A stretch of 64,000 nucleotides of DNA from Eledone cirrhosa (Eukaryota), in the NCBI GenBank assembly GCA_964016885.1, contig OZ024743.1, positions 169,942,001 to 170,006,000 on the forward strand. Direction: 5' to 3'. Shown one piece after another: positions 16,142 to 28,029 of the stretch (the stretch's first letter is position 1; every line of letters starts with the position of its first letter). Both the position numbers and the translations under genes were made by a program. The notes beneath the pieces were generated by a model. That model ran no database searches. It was given only the letters and a program-made list of their open reading frames with translations, and had not been told where the DNA came from.

Positions 16142-17735
16142 CGTTGGAGCCTCAAAAACAAAAACAAAAGTAACAACATACGCACACACATATACAACAC
16201 ACATCCCCAAAACAACAGACACACAGACACAAACAACAATAACAACAACACACACATCAACAATAATAACATACTCAGAAACAACAACAGACACGTAGAC
16301 ACAAACAACAATAACAACGCACACAACAATAATAACACACACGTAGACAACAACAACACACATCAACAACAGCACACATCAACAACAACAATAACAACAC
16401 ACATTCAATGCCTCTCACCACCACCACAATCTTAACAAACACACAGACACAGAAAACAGGTAATGGCAGTAGCACAGAAATAAGGGAAGGTATTAGGATT
16501 GAAAGGAGAAGGGAGACTATGGACAGAGAAAATAACCAAGACACACAAAATAGAGTAGATAATAACAATGAGCCAGAGGAAAGAGACAGGAGTAATAATG
16601 AGAACATAGAAACAACCATGAGGCTGTTGGTGGAAATAGAAATAGAAACAACACAACTTACAATAACAATAGCACTAGTACACATAAAGCAGCAGCCTGG
16701 AACTCTACTTTTTATAATCCCTCCGATAAGTCGTTCGACCTGCGACGAGTCCACGCCACGACTTTAGCTTTTAACAAACGCACGCAATTGCTGTCGCAGG
16801 TCGATGAACAAACAGAAGCACAATTTAGTATAGCTAGATCTAAACTTAGAAATATTATAGAACAGTATAGCAAGAAGCATAATAGAATGGAGGCCCAGCA
16901 ACTGGGAGAAAAATCTGCAAATGGCTTGTGTAAGCTCATGCAGTGCTCGCGTAATGGAGACAAGTCTGGCAGAATGTCGGTTGATAAGTCTGGCAGAATG
17001 TCGGTTGACAGTCTGCCAAACTACATCCAGGCAATGCAACCCACATCACTAACACAAGAGAAGTAACACCACAAGAGCATGAGGATAGAGAAAAAGCCCT
17101 CAATGCCCATATGGTGATGTGGACAAATATAATGCAGTCCAACAAGAGGACTGCCAACAACTTCCAGGCCTGGAACAATGACGTGCCAGCGTTGTATGGG
17201 CTTCGAAAAGACCATAAAACGGGCAGTGACCCTGTCACGGGACCACCAACACGGCCAGTCTGTGGAGCTAACATTGCTAGACACTACAGACTGTCCTACT
17301 TCCTCTCCCTGATCATACGCCCCATCATTGAAATGTCCCCAGATGTATGTGACAGCACAGAGGACCTCTTCAGCAGAATCGGTGAGATTAACCGATCTAG
17401 GGACCTAACAAACTCCATAATAGGTAGTATGGATGTTGTGTCCCTGTATCCATCTATTGACATGGATTTTGCTGTGGAGAAATGCGTAGAAATGATCAGT
17501 GAGAGCAATGTTGAGTTCCGTGGGATTGATACCAGTGAGCTGGGACTCCTACTTAAACTTACCTATAGTAATAATTATCTAGACACATATGACCTTAACA
17601 ACCTGTACCCTACAAGACCAGCAAGAGGCAGACCACCTACCATTACCTCAATGGCCAAGAAAACCCACACAGATAGATGGAACAGGTGGACCAGAGCCAT
17701 ACGGGCCCCCCGAAAACCACGATGAACTAAAGAAA
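16140..17735 (+). mobile_element. 5' part of the fingers-insertion PLE (low-complexity N-terminus and RT motifs 1-A)
   Basis: LYGLRKDHK..PTRPVCGA; GSMDVVSLYPSI; near-identical to 58530-59225. Confidence 0.8.
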
Positions 17736-18614
17736 AATTCTCCTCCCCATGTAGGACAGGTACAATTATTTGGTCCGTTTTGCAGGGAACCACAGGATGC
17801 TATATAGCAAGTTTTAAAGAGCACCAAGATGCTCTCAAATTGTTTGACCCTTGTTATATGGTCTATATCCTCATTGATGCATTTCATTGGTGTCTCTACC
17901 TGTCCTTCGGAAGCAGTCTCGGCTTTTCTAGATTTGACCAAAATGCATGAATGTTTTAAAGTTCTCCTCTCCTTTACTGCCATTACCTCTGCCGGACGCT
18001 TAAGTTGGCCTAGTTTTTCTCTCTTGTAATAATTTTTTCCGCCTGGGCCAAACGTTCCTTTTTTTCAATAAGGTCAAAATCATACAGCGTTTGATTTTTC
18101 CTACTGTTGCTGTAAAAGTACTCTTTTTATTGCTGCTGTTTTTGATGTTGCCGTTTTACGGATTTTCATAGTCTATGTTGTTGGTGTTCTTGCTGTTGTT
18201 GTTTGGGTTGCTGTCATTGTTGTTAGTGTGGTTGTCACATTTGTATTTTCACTGTTGTTGGTGTTAATGTTGGTGTTATTGTTGCTGCTGTTGTTGATGT
18301 TTTCATTTGTGTTTTCACTATTGTTGGTGTAGTTGTTGCTGTTGGCAATACTGGCCAATGTGGTGTCGGTGTTCATATTTGTTGTGGGAGGGGTCATGTT
18401 ATTTATCTCAACGTCCGTGCCACGGTCACATGACAGCTGGCTGGACATTGGCGAATGTGGTACGTCTATGCAAATTTGAATATTTGGGCTGAATTTCCAA
18501 ATATTATGGAGGTGTCTTAACACGGCCTTACAAAGAGTTAGTGACAAAAATATAAGGATGACTACAATGAAAACACTTGAAAATTGACAAAACTTACGGA
18601 GAGATATTCACATC

Positions 18615-18960
18615 TGGGTTTACCGAACATTTATTATAATGCTCGGTTTGTTTGTAACTCACTCGATATGCAAATTAGGCTGATGACAGTGCTGATGACA
18701 GTACTGATGACGGTGCTGATGACAGCTAATAAACTAGAAACTAGTGCATCGTTCCTTTGTCAGTGTTGAACAAATAGTGCAGCGATGGTTGCCGAGCACT
18801 GTACGGCTAATAATTCGGGCTGTTTGTTTACAAACAAACCGAGCATTATAATAAATGTTTGGTAAACCCATACGTACATATATATATGTGTGCATGTATA
18901 TATATATATCCATACTACTGTACGTCTGTATACATATATGTATGTACAAATACGTACTTA
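18615..18960. mobile_element. Family A copy with fold-back ends and a degenerate HHR (18711-18751, +)
   Basis: 18617-18657 is inverted at 18826-18867; CGGUG CUGAUGA..GAAA CUAGUG CAUCG. Confidence 0.65.
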
Positions 18961-19029
18961 CATATATATATATGTAGATATATATATATATATATTTGTA
19001 GATATTTAAATATATATATATATATATTT

Positions 19030-19094
<65 letters not shown>

Positions 19095-19134
19095 GATATA
19101 TATATACATGTAGGTATATATATATAGAGATATA

Positions 19135-19176
<42 letters not shown>

Positions 19177-19303
19177 GATATATATATACATGTAGGTATA
19201 TATATATAGAGATATATATATGTATATATGTAGATATATGTATATATATGTAGATATATATACATGTAGATATGTATATACATGTAGATATGTATATATA
19301 TAT

Positions 19304-19337
<34 letters not shown>

Positions 19338-19378
19338 GTATATATATGTATATATATATATATATATGTATATATATG

Positions 19379-19447
<69 letters not shown>

Positions 19448-19462
19448 GTATATATATATATG

Positions 19463-19515
<53 letters not shown>

Positions 19516-19542
19516 GTATATATATATATATGTATATATATG

Positions 19543-19596
<54 letters not shown>

Positions 19597-19608
19597 TGTA
19601 TATATATG

Positions 19609-19688
<80 letters not shown>
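18960..19688. repeat. (TA)n microsatellite
   Basis: Visible directly. Confidence 0.97.
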
Positions 19689-19689
<1 letters not shown>

Positions 19690-19955
19690 TAAAACATGTC
19701 TATAGAATCACAAGATCAAATATATACATTTCCTCTCCCAATTAGCGTAATTAACTATATAAAAAATCGAATAGACCAGGTTATAAGAATGAGGCTTCTA
19801 TGAAGAAATCTCCAACAAATAATCGAAACTAGCCCTTCGCGTCGGCCGCAACGGAATATTTATCGAATGTTTCGACAGCGTAATCGCCCAGATACAGTCA
19901 ATTAAACAGAATTAGGTGTAAAATAAACTAGGAGATAATAGAATACATTTATATA

Positions 19956-20040
19956 CCTCTACCATGGTTTCGTCCGCATTTTGAGATTTCCAATAATTAT
20001 GTAATAATTATATAACTCGAGCATCGGATTCATCAGGAGA
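19956..20040 (-). ncRNA. Hammerhead ribozyme with enlarged loop 2 (family D)
   Basis: UCUC CUGAUGA AUCCG...CGGAC GAAA CCAUGG UA GAGG; palindromic stem III. Confidence 0.75.
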
Positions 20041-20637
20041 TTTGCTCTGATCTAGACACTAAATTTTCCAAAGTGATCGCGCCAAGAATTCATTCAAAAT
20101 GGCTAAGAATCGTGATGTAGTATATATATGTATAAAATTAAATTAAATTAAATCTATGTGTTGCAACTGAGATTAAATTAAATTAAATTAAATTAAATTA
20201 AATTAAATTAAATTAAATTAAATCTATGTGTTGCATTGAGCTTAAAAGTGAACAGTATGATATAATGCTCTGATTTTTTGATTTTAATTTATTAATGCTT
20301 CATTGAGCTTAAAAGTGAACAGTTGCAACACATATATGTATCCTTGATTTAATTTAATTTAATTTTATGTATGTGATAACCTCTATATTTAATAATCTCC
20401 CTTTCGGTTGAGATTAAGTTTGGCGATATATGGCTGCGCTCTCTAGCAGCATGCCTACCCGCCGTAAGCGACCAATCACACGCTTTCTCTCTGGCTGGTA
20501 CACAGCTACATAGCGATCTTAGCCATTTTTGAATCTAAGTTTGGCGCGGTCGGTCTGAGAAATTAAATGTCTATTTCTGAGTTTGTCTCCTGATGATTCA
20601 TGACTCAAAGCATATCCATATTATTTGGATGCCCTAA

Positions 20638-20824
20638 GAGGGCGGTGGATTGGCAGTATCGGTAGAGGGTCGGACGCCATGCTTTCTAGCATAGTTACGT
20701 CCCTTTACAGTCTGAGTTCAAATCCCGCCGAGGTTAACTTTGCCTTTCATCCTTACGGGGTCGATAAAATAAAGTACCAGTAATGTACTGGATATTTGCT
20801 GGCCTTGTGCCAAAAGTAGAAACA
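20638..20824 (+). mobile_element. tRNA-derived SINE with 18-bp TSD
   Basis: GAGTTCAAATCCC B box; TTTGCCTTTCATCCTTACGGGGTCGATAAAAT core; TSD ATTATTTGGATG(C/T)CCTAA at 20620-20637 and 20825-20842. Confidence 0.9.
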
Positions 20825-21152
20825 ATTATTTGGATGTCCTAAACAAGGAAGAAACTCTGGTAGAGATATAATTACGGTATGTGCGCATTTCTTCTAAGTT
20901 TAATTTTACTACTAATTACGTGCGGTTGACGATATATTTGATCGGATTCTGCATGCTGCCGAAGTGTTTGATAAATAGTGAACGGGGTTACCGCGAACTA
21001 GCTGCGATCAATTATTTGTCGGAGATTTCCCCGTTAGAAAATTTATTCTTAAAGCTTGCTAGATTTGATTATGTATATGGTTAATTATGCTGATTAGAAG
21101 AAGAAATAGTATATATTTTAATATCTGATTGATTCTATAGACATGAGTTATG

Positions 21153-21161
21153 ATATATATG

Positions 21162-21210
<49 letters not shown>

Positions 21211-21217
21211 GTATATG

Positions 21218-21265
<48 letters not shown>

Positions 21266-21287
21266 CATGTATATATATATATACATG

Positions 21288-21336
<49 letters not shown>

Positions 21337-21351
21337 GTATATATATATATG

Positions 21352-21420
<69 letters not shown>

Positions 21421-21523
21421 GTATATATATGTATATATATATATATGTATGTATATATATATATGTATATATATATATGTATATATATATGTATATATAT
21501 ATGTATATATATATATGTATATA

Positions 21524-21580
<57 letters not shown>

Positions 21581-21647
21581 ATATATATGTATATATATAT
21601 ATGTATATATATGTATATATATATGTATATATATATGTATATATATG

Positions 21648-21678
<31 letters not shown>

Positions 21679-21689
21679 GTATATATATG

Positions 21690-21722
<33 letters not shown>

Positions 21723-21733
21723 GTATATATATG

Positions 21734-21768
<35 letters not shown>

Positions 21769-21781
21769 GTATATATATATG

Positions 21782-21828
<47 letters not shown>

Positions 21829-21855
21829 GTATATATATATATGTATATATATATG

Positions 21856-21890
<35 letters not shown>

Positions 21891-21903
21891 GTATATATAT
21901 ATG

Positions 21904-21954
<51 letters not shown>

Positions 21955-21997
21955 GTATATATATATATGTATATATATATATGTATATATATATATG

Positions 21998-22028
<31 letters not shown>

Positions 22029-22061
22029 GTATATATATGTATATATATATATATATGTATA

Positions 22062-22104
<43 letters not shown>

Positions 22105-22177
22105 GTATATATATATGTATGTATATATATGTATATATATATATGTATATATATATGTATATATATATATGTATATA

Positions 22178-22258
<81 letters not shown>
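21153..22258. repeat. ~1.1-kb (TA)n/(TATG) microsatellite
   Basis: Visible directly. Confidence 0.98.
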
Positions 22259-22261
<3 letters not shown>

Positions 22262-22552
22262 AAAAAGTATGACCCCGACGGCAGAGCTCAAGCCGTTTCG
22301 GCGGCTATTTCTGGACTATGTCCAGAAATAGCCGTCAATACGGCTTGAGCTCTGTGGTCGGGGTCATACTTTTTCCTATTTCCCACTCTATTACCCTAAG
22401 CATTGAGTACTCTGGTGCCTTATGGTCCATCTGGTTCCTTACCACAATTCCTTTGTTATATATATATTGTGTTTCCTTATTTCGAAGATTGTGTTTCGTT
22501 ATTTCGTGGGCCGAGGTTCCGATTCTCGATAATTTATTTGTATATATATATA

Positions 22553-22603
<51 letters not shown>

Positions 22604-23589
22604 ATAATAATCAATTTGAAGACTAAAATCCAAAGAGGGCTCGATAAGGATAAATATATATCAAATATATAAGAACCGTAGAGCAAATATTTATTAAAAT
22701 AACAGATTAAGTATATGTTTTGTTTATTCCTTTACTTATTTGCATAGGTAAGTATATATTACCCGTATTTTTTGTGAAGGTACGTATACCTTCTCGTACG
22801 TATATTTGATTGTTATGGCGTATAATTTTATATTCCTGGTACATAGGGTTTGGCTATGTGTATACGGGAGTTTTGCGTCTGTGTGAGTATGCAGGTTCGT
22901 ACGTATGGTGGGTGTGTGTATATGTGTACTTCTTGTTTTAGTTGACTTACGTCTCCGAACATTCGTGTATTTATATGTAGGTATGTGTGTGCGCTTGTTA
23001 TATACGTATTTATTTATTCTTATACGTTTATATAATTATTTATTTATTTGTATACACGCATACACACACACACATATTTATATGTGCGTGGTTTTGTATA
23101 CCTATGGTAAGGTTTTGCGTATGCTTGTGTATGTACGTATTTGTTTGCGTGTATGTATTTATTTATTTCTATTACTTCTGTATTGTATTTATTTACTTTG
23201 TTCTTAACTCTGTAGCGGAGATTCATTTGGTCTCCTAGTTAGAACTTTAGTCTACGACTTCTGCTATACCATTTACGTGGTTTTGTCTTGGCGTGCTATT
23301 GTTCTCCACGCTCCACATATGACGTATTATCTTTGTTTTTTCGTTCATTGCCAGAGAACGTCTCTATGCACCACCTAAGAGAACATTAGTCTACGACCTC
23401 TTTTATACCATAAACGTGGTTCTGTCTTTGCGCGTAATTGTTTTTCACCGCTCCTATTAATGACGTATTCGTGTTTTCCCGTTCTTTGCCAGCGAACGTT
23501 TCCACGAACCAAAGTATCGTCTTCCTGTCTTCCTCCGGTTGCAACGTTTTCTGAAATATCCAGTTCTGCGTTTACAGATTGACTTTGTT

Positions 23590-23640
23590 AGTTTCAGAAG
23601 ATCCCGTTAAGGGTGAAAGCAGCGATTATTTGCTTAAACT
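23590..23640 (+). ncRNA. HHR with variant core CAGAAGA (5' pLTR)
   Basis: AGUUU CAGAAGA U CCC-GUUAA-GGG U GAAA GCAG..UUGC UU AAACU. Confidence 0.65.
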
Positions 23641-23794
23641 TTAATCTGCTATTTTAATAAATATTTGCTCTACGGTTCTTATATATTTGATATATATTTA
23701 TCTTTATCGAGCCCTCTTTGGATTTTAGTCTTCAAATTGATTATTATTACTATTTGGCTCCCTCGGTTGAGCATTCGACTGACTTATATTCATC

Positions 23795-25924
23795 GTGCAG
23801 AAACAACATCTGAATATTTCTACAAAGAACATACCCGTACCAAGCAGGAAAACATACCTAAAACTCCTGATACAGAAAACAGACGCGTTCATTAAAAGGT
23901 TGCGTTGGCGTGCCTTTTATTTCGATAATCCGCCAAAAGCAGACAACAAACAGGATAAATTTGGATTTAAAACCTATAATAACCCCCCGTGGAACCCAGC
24001 ATTGCTAGCCTTCGAAAATGATGTCTTGGAACTCATTCTGAGTATCACATTTCGGAATAAGAGCAATTCCTTCCAGCAAGACCTGAAGAATAGAATTCGT
24101 TCTATTAAGGATTCTAACGCCGTGCACGTCCATTCCGACAAGACTGGCAACCTATATCAAGTGGAGCGCAGTACTTACCATCAACTACTACATAATGCTG
24201 TAACTAAGGATTACCGTAAAACTAATCGGTGCGTCATCAATCAAATCAACGATGCTGGGTTTAAAATCACATCTAATCTCAACATCCTGGACCGGACCGA
24301 ACCTCTGGACCCTATTTCTCCCCACTTTACCCTGAAGGATCACAAATCCAATTTTCCGAACAACCCCTCTATTTGGCTTATTAACCCTATGAAGTCCGAT
24401 TTAGGTATACTTAGTAAAACGATTCTTGATAGAATTATACCTGAAATTAGAAGTTTGGCCCCTCTTGCACTGTGGAACAATTCTTTCGCGGTGATTGATT
24501 GGTTCAACGGCATATGTAACAAGGAACATTGCCGTTTTATCCAATTCGACATCAACAATTACTACTCCTCCATCACTTTACCAGTTTTCCTTAGAGCTAT
24601 CAATTTCGCTAAAACACTCACAGTGGTTAAGGATTTCGAAGTTGATGTCATCCTCAATGCCCGAAAGTCGGTGATTAATTTCGATGACTCTATTTGGATT
24701 AAAAAATCCAATAGTACCCCATTCGACGTGAGTATGGGCGCCAGTGACTCTGCGGAGGTTACTGATCTTATTGGCCTTTTCCTTCTTTTCTCTATCAAGG
24801 ACGAATTCCCCAACGCGGGCGGTGGTTTGTACCGTGACGATGGTCTTTTGACCATGACTAAGTGCGGACCTCGTGCTTGCGACAGGTTCAGAAAAGAACT
24901 CACAGCCTTCTTTAAAGGCTTCAACCTCTCTATACAGGTTGAGGCCAATCTCTCGGTCGTTAATTACCTCGACGTTACCCTCAATTTATTGAATGGGTTG
25001 TATTACCCGTATAGAAAGCCGAATGATACGCTTAATTACATAAGTAAGCATTCAAACCATCCTGCCAGCATAACCAAGAACCTGGTAAGAAACGTTTCGT
25101 TGAGGCTTTCCCGTCTTTCCACCAACGAGCGTATTTTCAACGACCATTCCACTTATTACAATGAAGCTCTTGCTCGAAGTGGATTTGTCGATAAGGTAGC
25201 ATATACAGAGTAGGAAAATAGACCTAGAAGAAATAGATCCCGTCGCATTTGTTGGTATAACCCACCATATAATATGGAGGTGGCCACACCATTAGCTAAG
25301 ATCTTTCTTTCCCTTATTACGAAGCATTTTCCCCCTACACATAAATATAGTAACATTTTTAATAGAAATACTATTAAAATTTCTTACTCTACGACTCCTA
25401 ACCTTGCACATAACATCACAGCTTCAAATTTAGCTAAACTACCTAGCCGTAGGAACACGTGCAACCCTGTAGTTAGTACTAACTGTAATTGTAGGAATCG
25501 GGCTGATTGCCCCCTATCCGGGAAATGCCTCTCTAGTAACATTGTCTACAAATGTAAGGTCGTAACACCCACGTCCCATAGGGCCTACATAGGGTTAACC
25601 GCCAATAGTTTCAAGCAGCGTCTTTACATGCATACCCATTCTTTTCGTTACCCTCTAAGAAGGAATATGACGTCACTTTCAGCTTATATCTGGAGTCTAA
25701 AAGACAACCACACCCAATATAAGTTACACTGGGAGATCCTAGCTAGGGCTAGATCGTATAACGGAAATAAAAGACCATGTGACCTCTGCGCCGCTGAGGC
25801 CCTGGAAATACTCTACGCCACAGACCACATCTTAAACAAAAAATCTGAGGCAATTTCGGCTTGTAAACATAAATTGCACAAAACTTTCCTGTATTACAGC
25901 CCCACGTTATATCCTAACGGATAG
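23795..25924 (+). pseudogene. PLE RT + GIY-YIG polyprotein (~709 codons) with one in-frame TAG at 25211-25213
   Basis: SDKTGNLY; TLKDHK; QFDINNYY; FDVSMGASDSAEV; GLYRDDGL; CNCRNRADCPL (CxCx5C); NIVY..YIGLTANSFKQR; ORFs 23795 and 25274 share a frame. Confidence 0.9.
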
Positions 25925-26845
25925 TACGATATATACGTGGATAATTTACGTCTTGATGTGGGAGCTAAGTATATGTTTTGTTTATTCCTTTACTTATTTG
26001 CATAGGTAAGTATATATTACCCGTATGTTTTGTGAAGGTACGTATACCTTCTCGTACGTATATTTGATTGTTATGGCGTATAATTTTATATTCCTGGTAC
26101 ATAGGGTTTGGCTATGTGTATACGGGAGTTTTGCGTCTGTGTGAGTATGCAGGTTCGTACGTATGGTGGGTGTGTGTATATGTGTACTTCTTGTTTTAGT
26201 TGACTTACGTCTCCGAACATTCGTGTATTTATATGTAGGTATGTGTGTGCGCTTGTTATATACGTATTTATTTATTCTTATACGTTTATATAATTATTTA
26301 TTTATTTGTATACACGCATACACACACACACATTTATATGTGCGTGGTTTTGTATACCTATGGTAAGGTTTTGCGTATGCTTGTGTATGTACGTATTTGT
26401 TTGCGTGTATGTATTTATTTATTTCTATTATTTCTGTATTGTATTTATTTACTTTGTTCTTAACTCTGTAGCGGAGATTCATTTGGTCTCCTAGTTAGAA
26501 CTTTAGTCTACGACTTCTGCTATACCATTTACGTGGTTTTGTCTTGGCGTGCTATTGTTCTCCACGCTCCACATATGACGTATTATCTTCGTTTTTTCGT
26601 TCATTGCCAGAGAACGTCTCTATGCACCACCTAAGAGAACATTAGTCTACGACCTCTTTTATACCATAAACGTGGTTCTGTCTTTGCGCGTAATTGTTTT
26701 TCACCGCTCCTATTAATGACGTATTCGTGTTTTCCCGTTCTTTGCCAGCGAACGTTTCCACGAACCAAAGTATCATCTTCCTGTCTTCCTCCGGTTGCAA
26801 CGTTTTCTGAAATATCCAGTTCTGCGTTTACAGATTGACTTTGTT

Positions 26846-26896
26846 AGTTTCAGAAGATCCCGTTAAGGGTGAAAGCAGCGATTCTTTGCTTAAACT
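26846..26896 (+). ncRNA. HHR with variant core CAGAAGA (3' pLTR)
   Basis: Same motif as 23590-23640. Confidence 0.65.
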
Positions 26897-27094
26897 TTAA
26901 CCTGTTATTTTAATAAATATATATATATATATTAGAATTGGAGCTCTGAAATAGCAATATATATATGGATGTATATATATAATGTATTTTGCAATACACT
27001 TTATGCTTAATTAAAAGCATTTTGAAGACCGTAAGCTATTGTTTTAAAGTAGTGACAAATTCACTTACTTTGATCTCAGCAAACAGGGGAGATA

Positions 27095-27138
27095 AGCCGA
27101 CAAGTCTTGTTTCGCTTTGGTTGAAGCTTATCAAGGCT
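27095..27138 (-). ncRNA. HHR, U3-A8 variant (unit 1)
   Basis: AGCC UUGAUAA GCUU-CAACCA-AAGC GAAA CAA-GAC-UUG UC GGCU. Confidence 0.85.
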
Positions 27139-27412
27139 AACTACCCCTCCTGTCTACCGAGATCACTGATGTTATATTCTTATAGAAATCTAGTAAATAA
27201 TCAGGAGCTGATTATGCAGAGCGGTTGTTGGTCAGGCAGAAATTAAAAATTAGAATTGGAGCTCTGAAATAGCAATATATATATGGATGTATATATATAA
27301 TGTATTTTGCAATACACTTCATGCTTAATTAAAAGCATTTTGAAGACCGTAAGCTATTGTTTTAAAGTAGTGACAAATTCACTTACTTTGATTTCAGCAA
27401 ACAGGGGAGATA

Positions 27413-27456
27413 AGCCGACAAGTCTTGTTTCGCTTTGGTTGAAGCTTATCAAGCCT
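27413..27456 (-). ncRNA. HHR, U3-A8 variant (unit 2; one stem I mismatch)
   Basis: As unit 1, but GGCT reads GCCT at 27453-27456. Confidence 0.75.
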
Positions 27457-27728
27457 AACTACCCCTCCTGTCTACCGAGATCACTGATGTTATATTCTTT
27501 TAGAAATCTAGTAAATAATCAGGAGCTGATTATGCAGAGCGGTTGTTGGTCAGGCAGAAATAAAAAATTAGAATTGGAGTTCTGAAATAGCAATATATAT
27601 ATGGATGTATATATAATGTATTTTGCAATACACTTTATGCTTAATTAAAAGCATTTTGAAGACCGTAAGCTATTGTTTTAAAGTAGTGACAAATTCACTT
27701 ACTTTGATTTCAGCAAACAGGGGAGATA

Positions 27729-27772
27729 AGCCGACAAGTCTTGTTTCGCTTTGGTTGAAGCTTATCAAGGCT
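27729..27772 (-). ncRNA. HHR, U3-A8 variant (unit 3)
   Basis: Identical to the unit 1 motif. Confidence 0.85.
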
Positions 27773-28029
27773 AACTACCCCTCCTGTCTACCGAGATCAC
27801 TGATGTTATATTCTTTTAGAAATCTAGTAAATAATCAGGAGCTGATTATGCAGAGCGGTTGTTGGTCAGGCAGAAATTAAAAATTAGAATTGGAGCTCTG
27901 AAATAGCAATATATATATGGATGTATATATAATGTATTTTCAGAGCTCCAATTCTAATTTTTAATTTCTGCCTGACCAACAACCGCTCTGCATAATCAGC
28001 TCCTGATTATTTACTAGATTTATTAATAA

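Larger units (their letters stand above)
22600..26920 (+). mobile_element. Near full-length PLE (Hydra-clade-like) with two ~955-bp pseudo-LTRs and an inverted 5' segment
   Basis: 22708-23664 matches 25966-26920; 22600-22709 is the reverse complement of 23643-23751; flanked by (TA)n. Confidence 0.92.
26931..28021 (-). mobile_element. Retrozyme-like tandem array: 3.2 x ~317-bp units plus an inverted terminal segment
   Basis: Units start at ~26931, 27249, 27567 and 27883; 27937-28021 is inverted; one HHR per unit. Confidence 0.85.

Noticed and set aside
27166-27200. Possible plus-strand second hammerhead (CTGATGT..GAAA) making the unit ambisense or viroid-like
   Set aside because: A9 is missing, stems I and III are unconvincing, and stem II is disrupted in units 2 and 3
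26989-27880. Three repeated 85-92 aa ORFs
   Set aside because: TTG starts, no recognisable domain, and they are a by-product of the tandem unit; the structured signal is on the opposite strand
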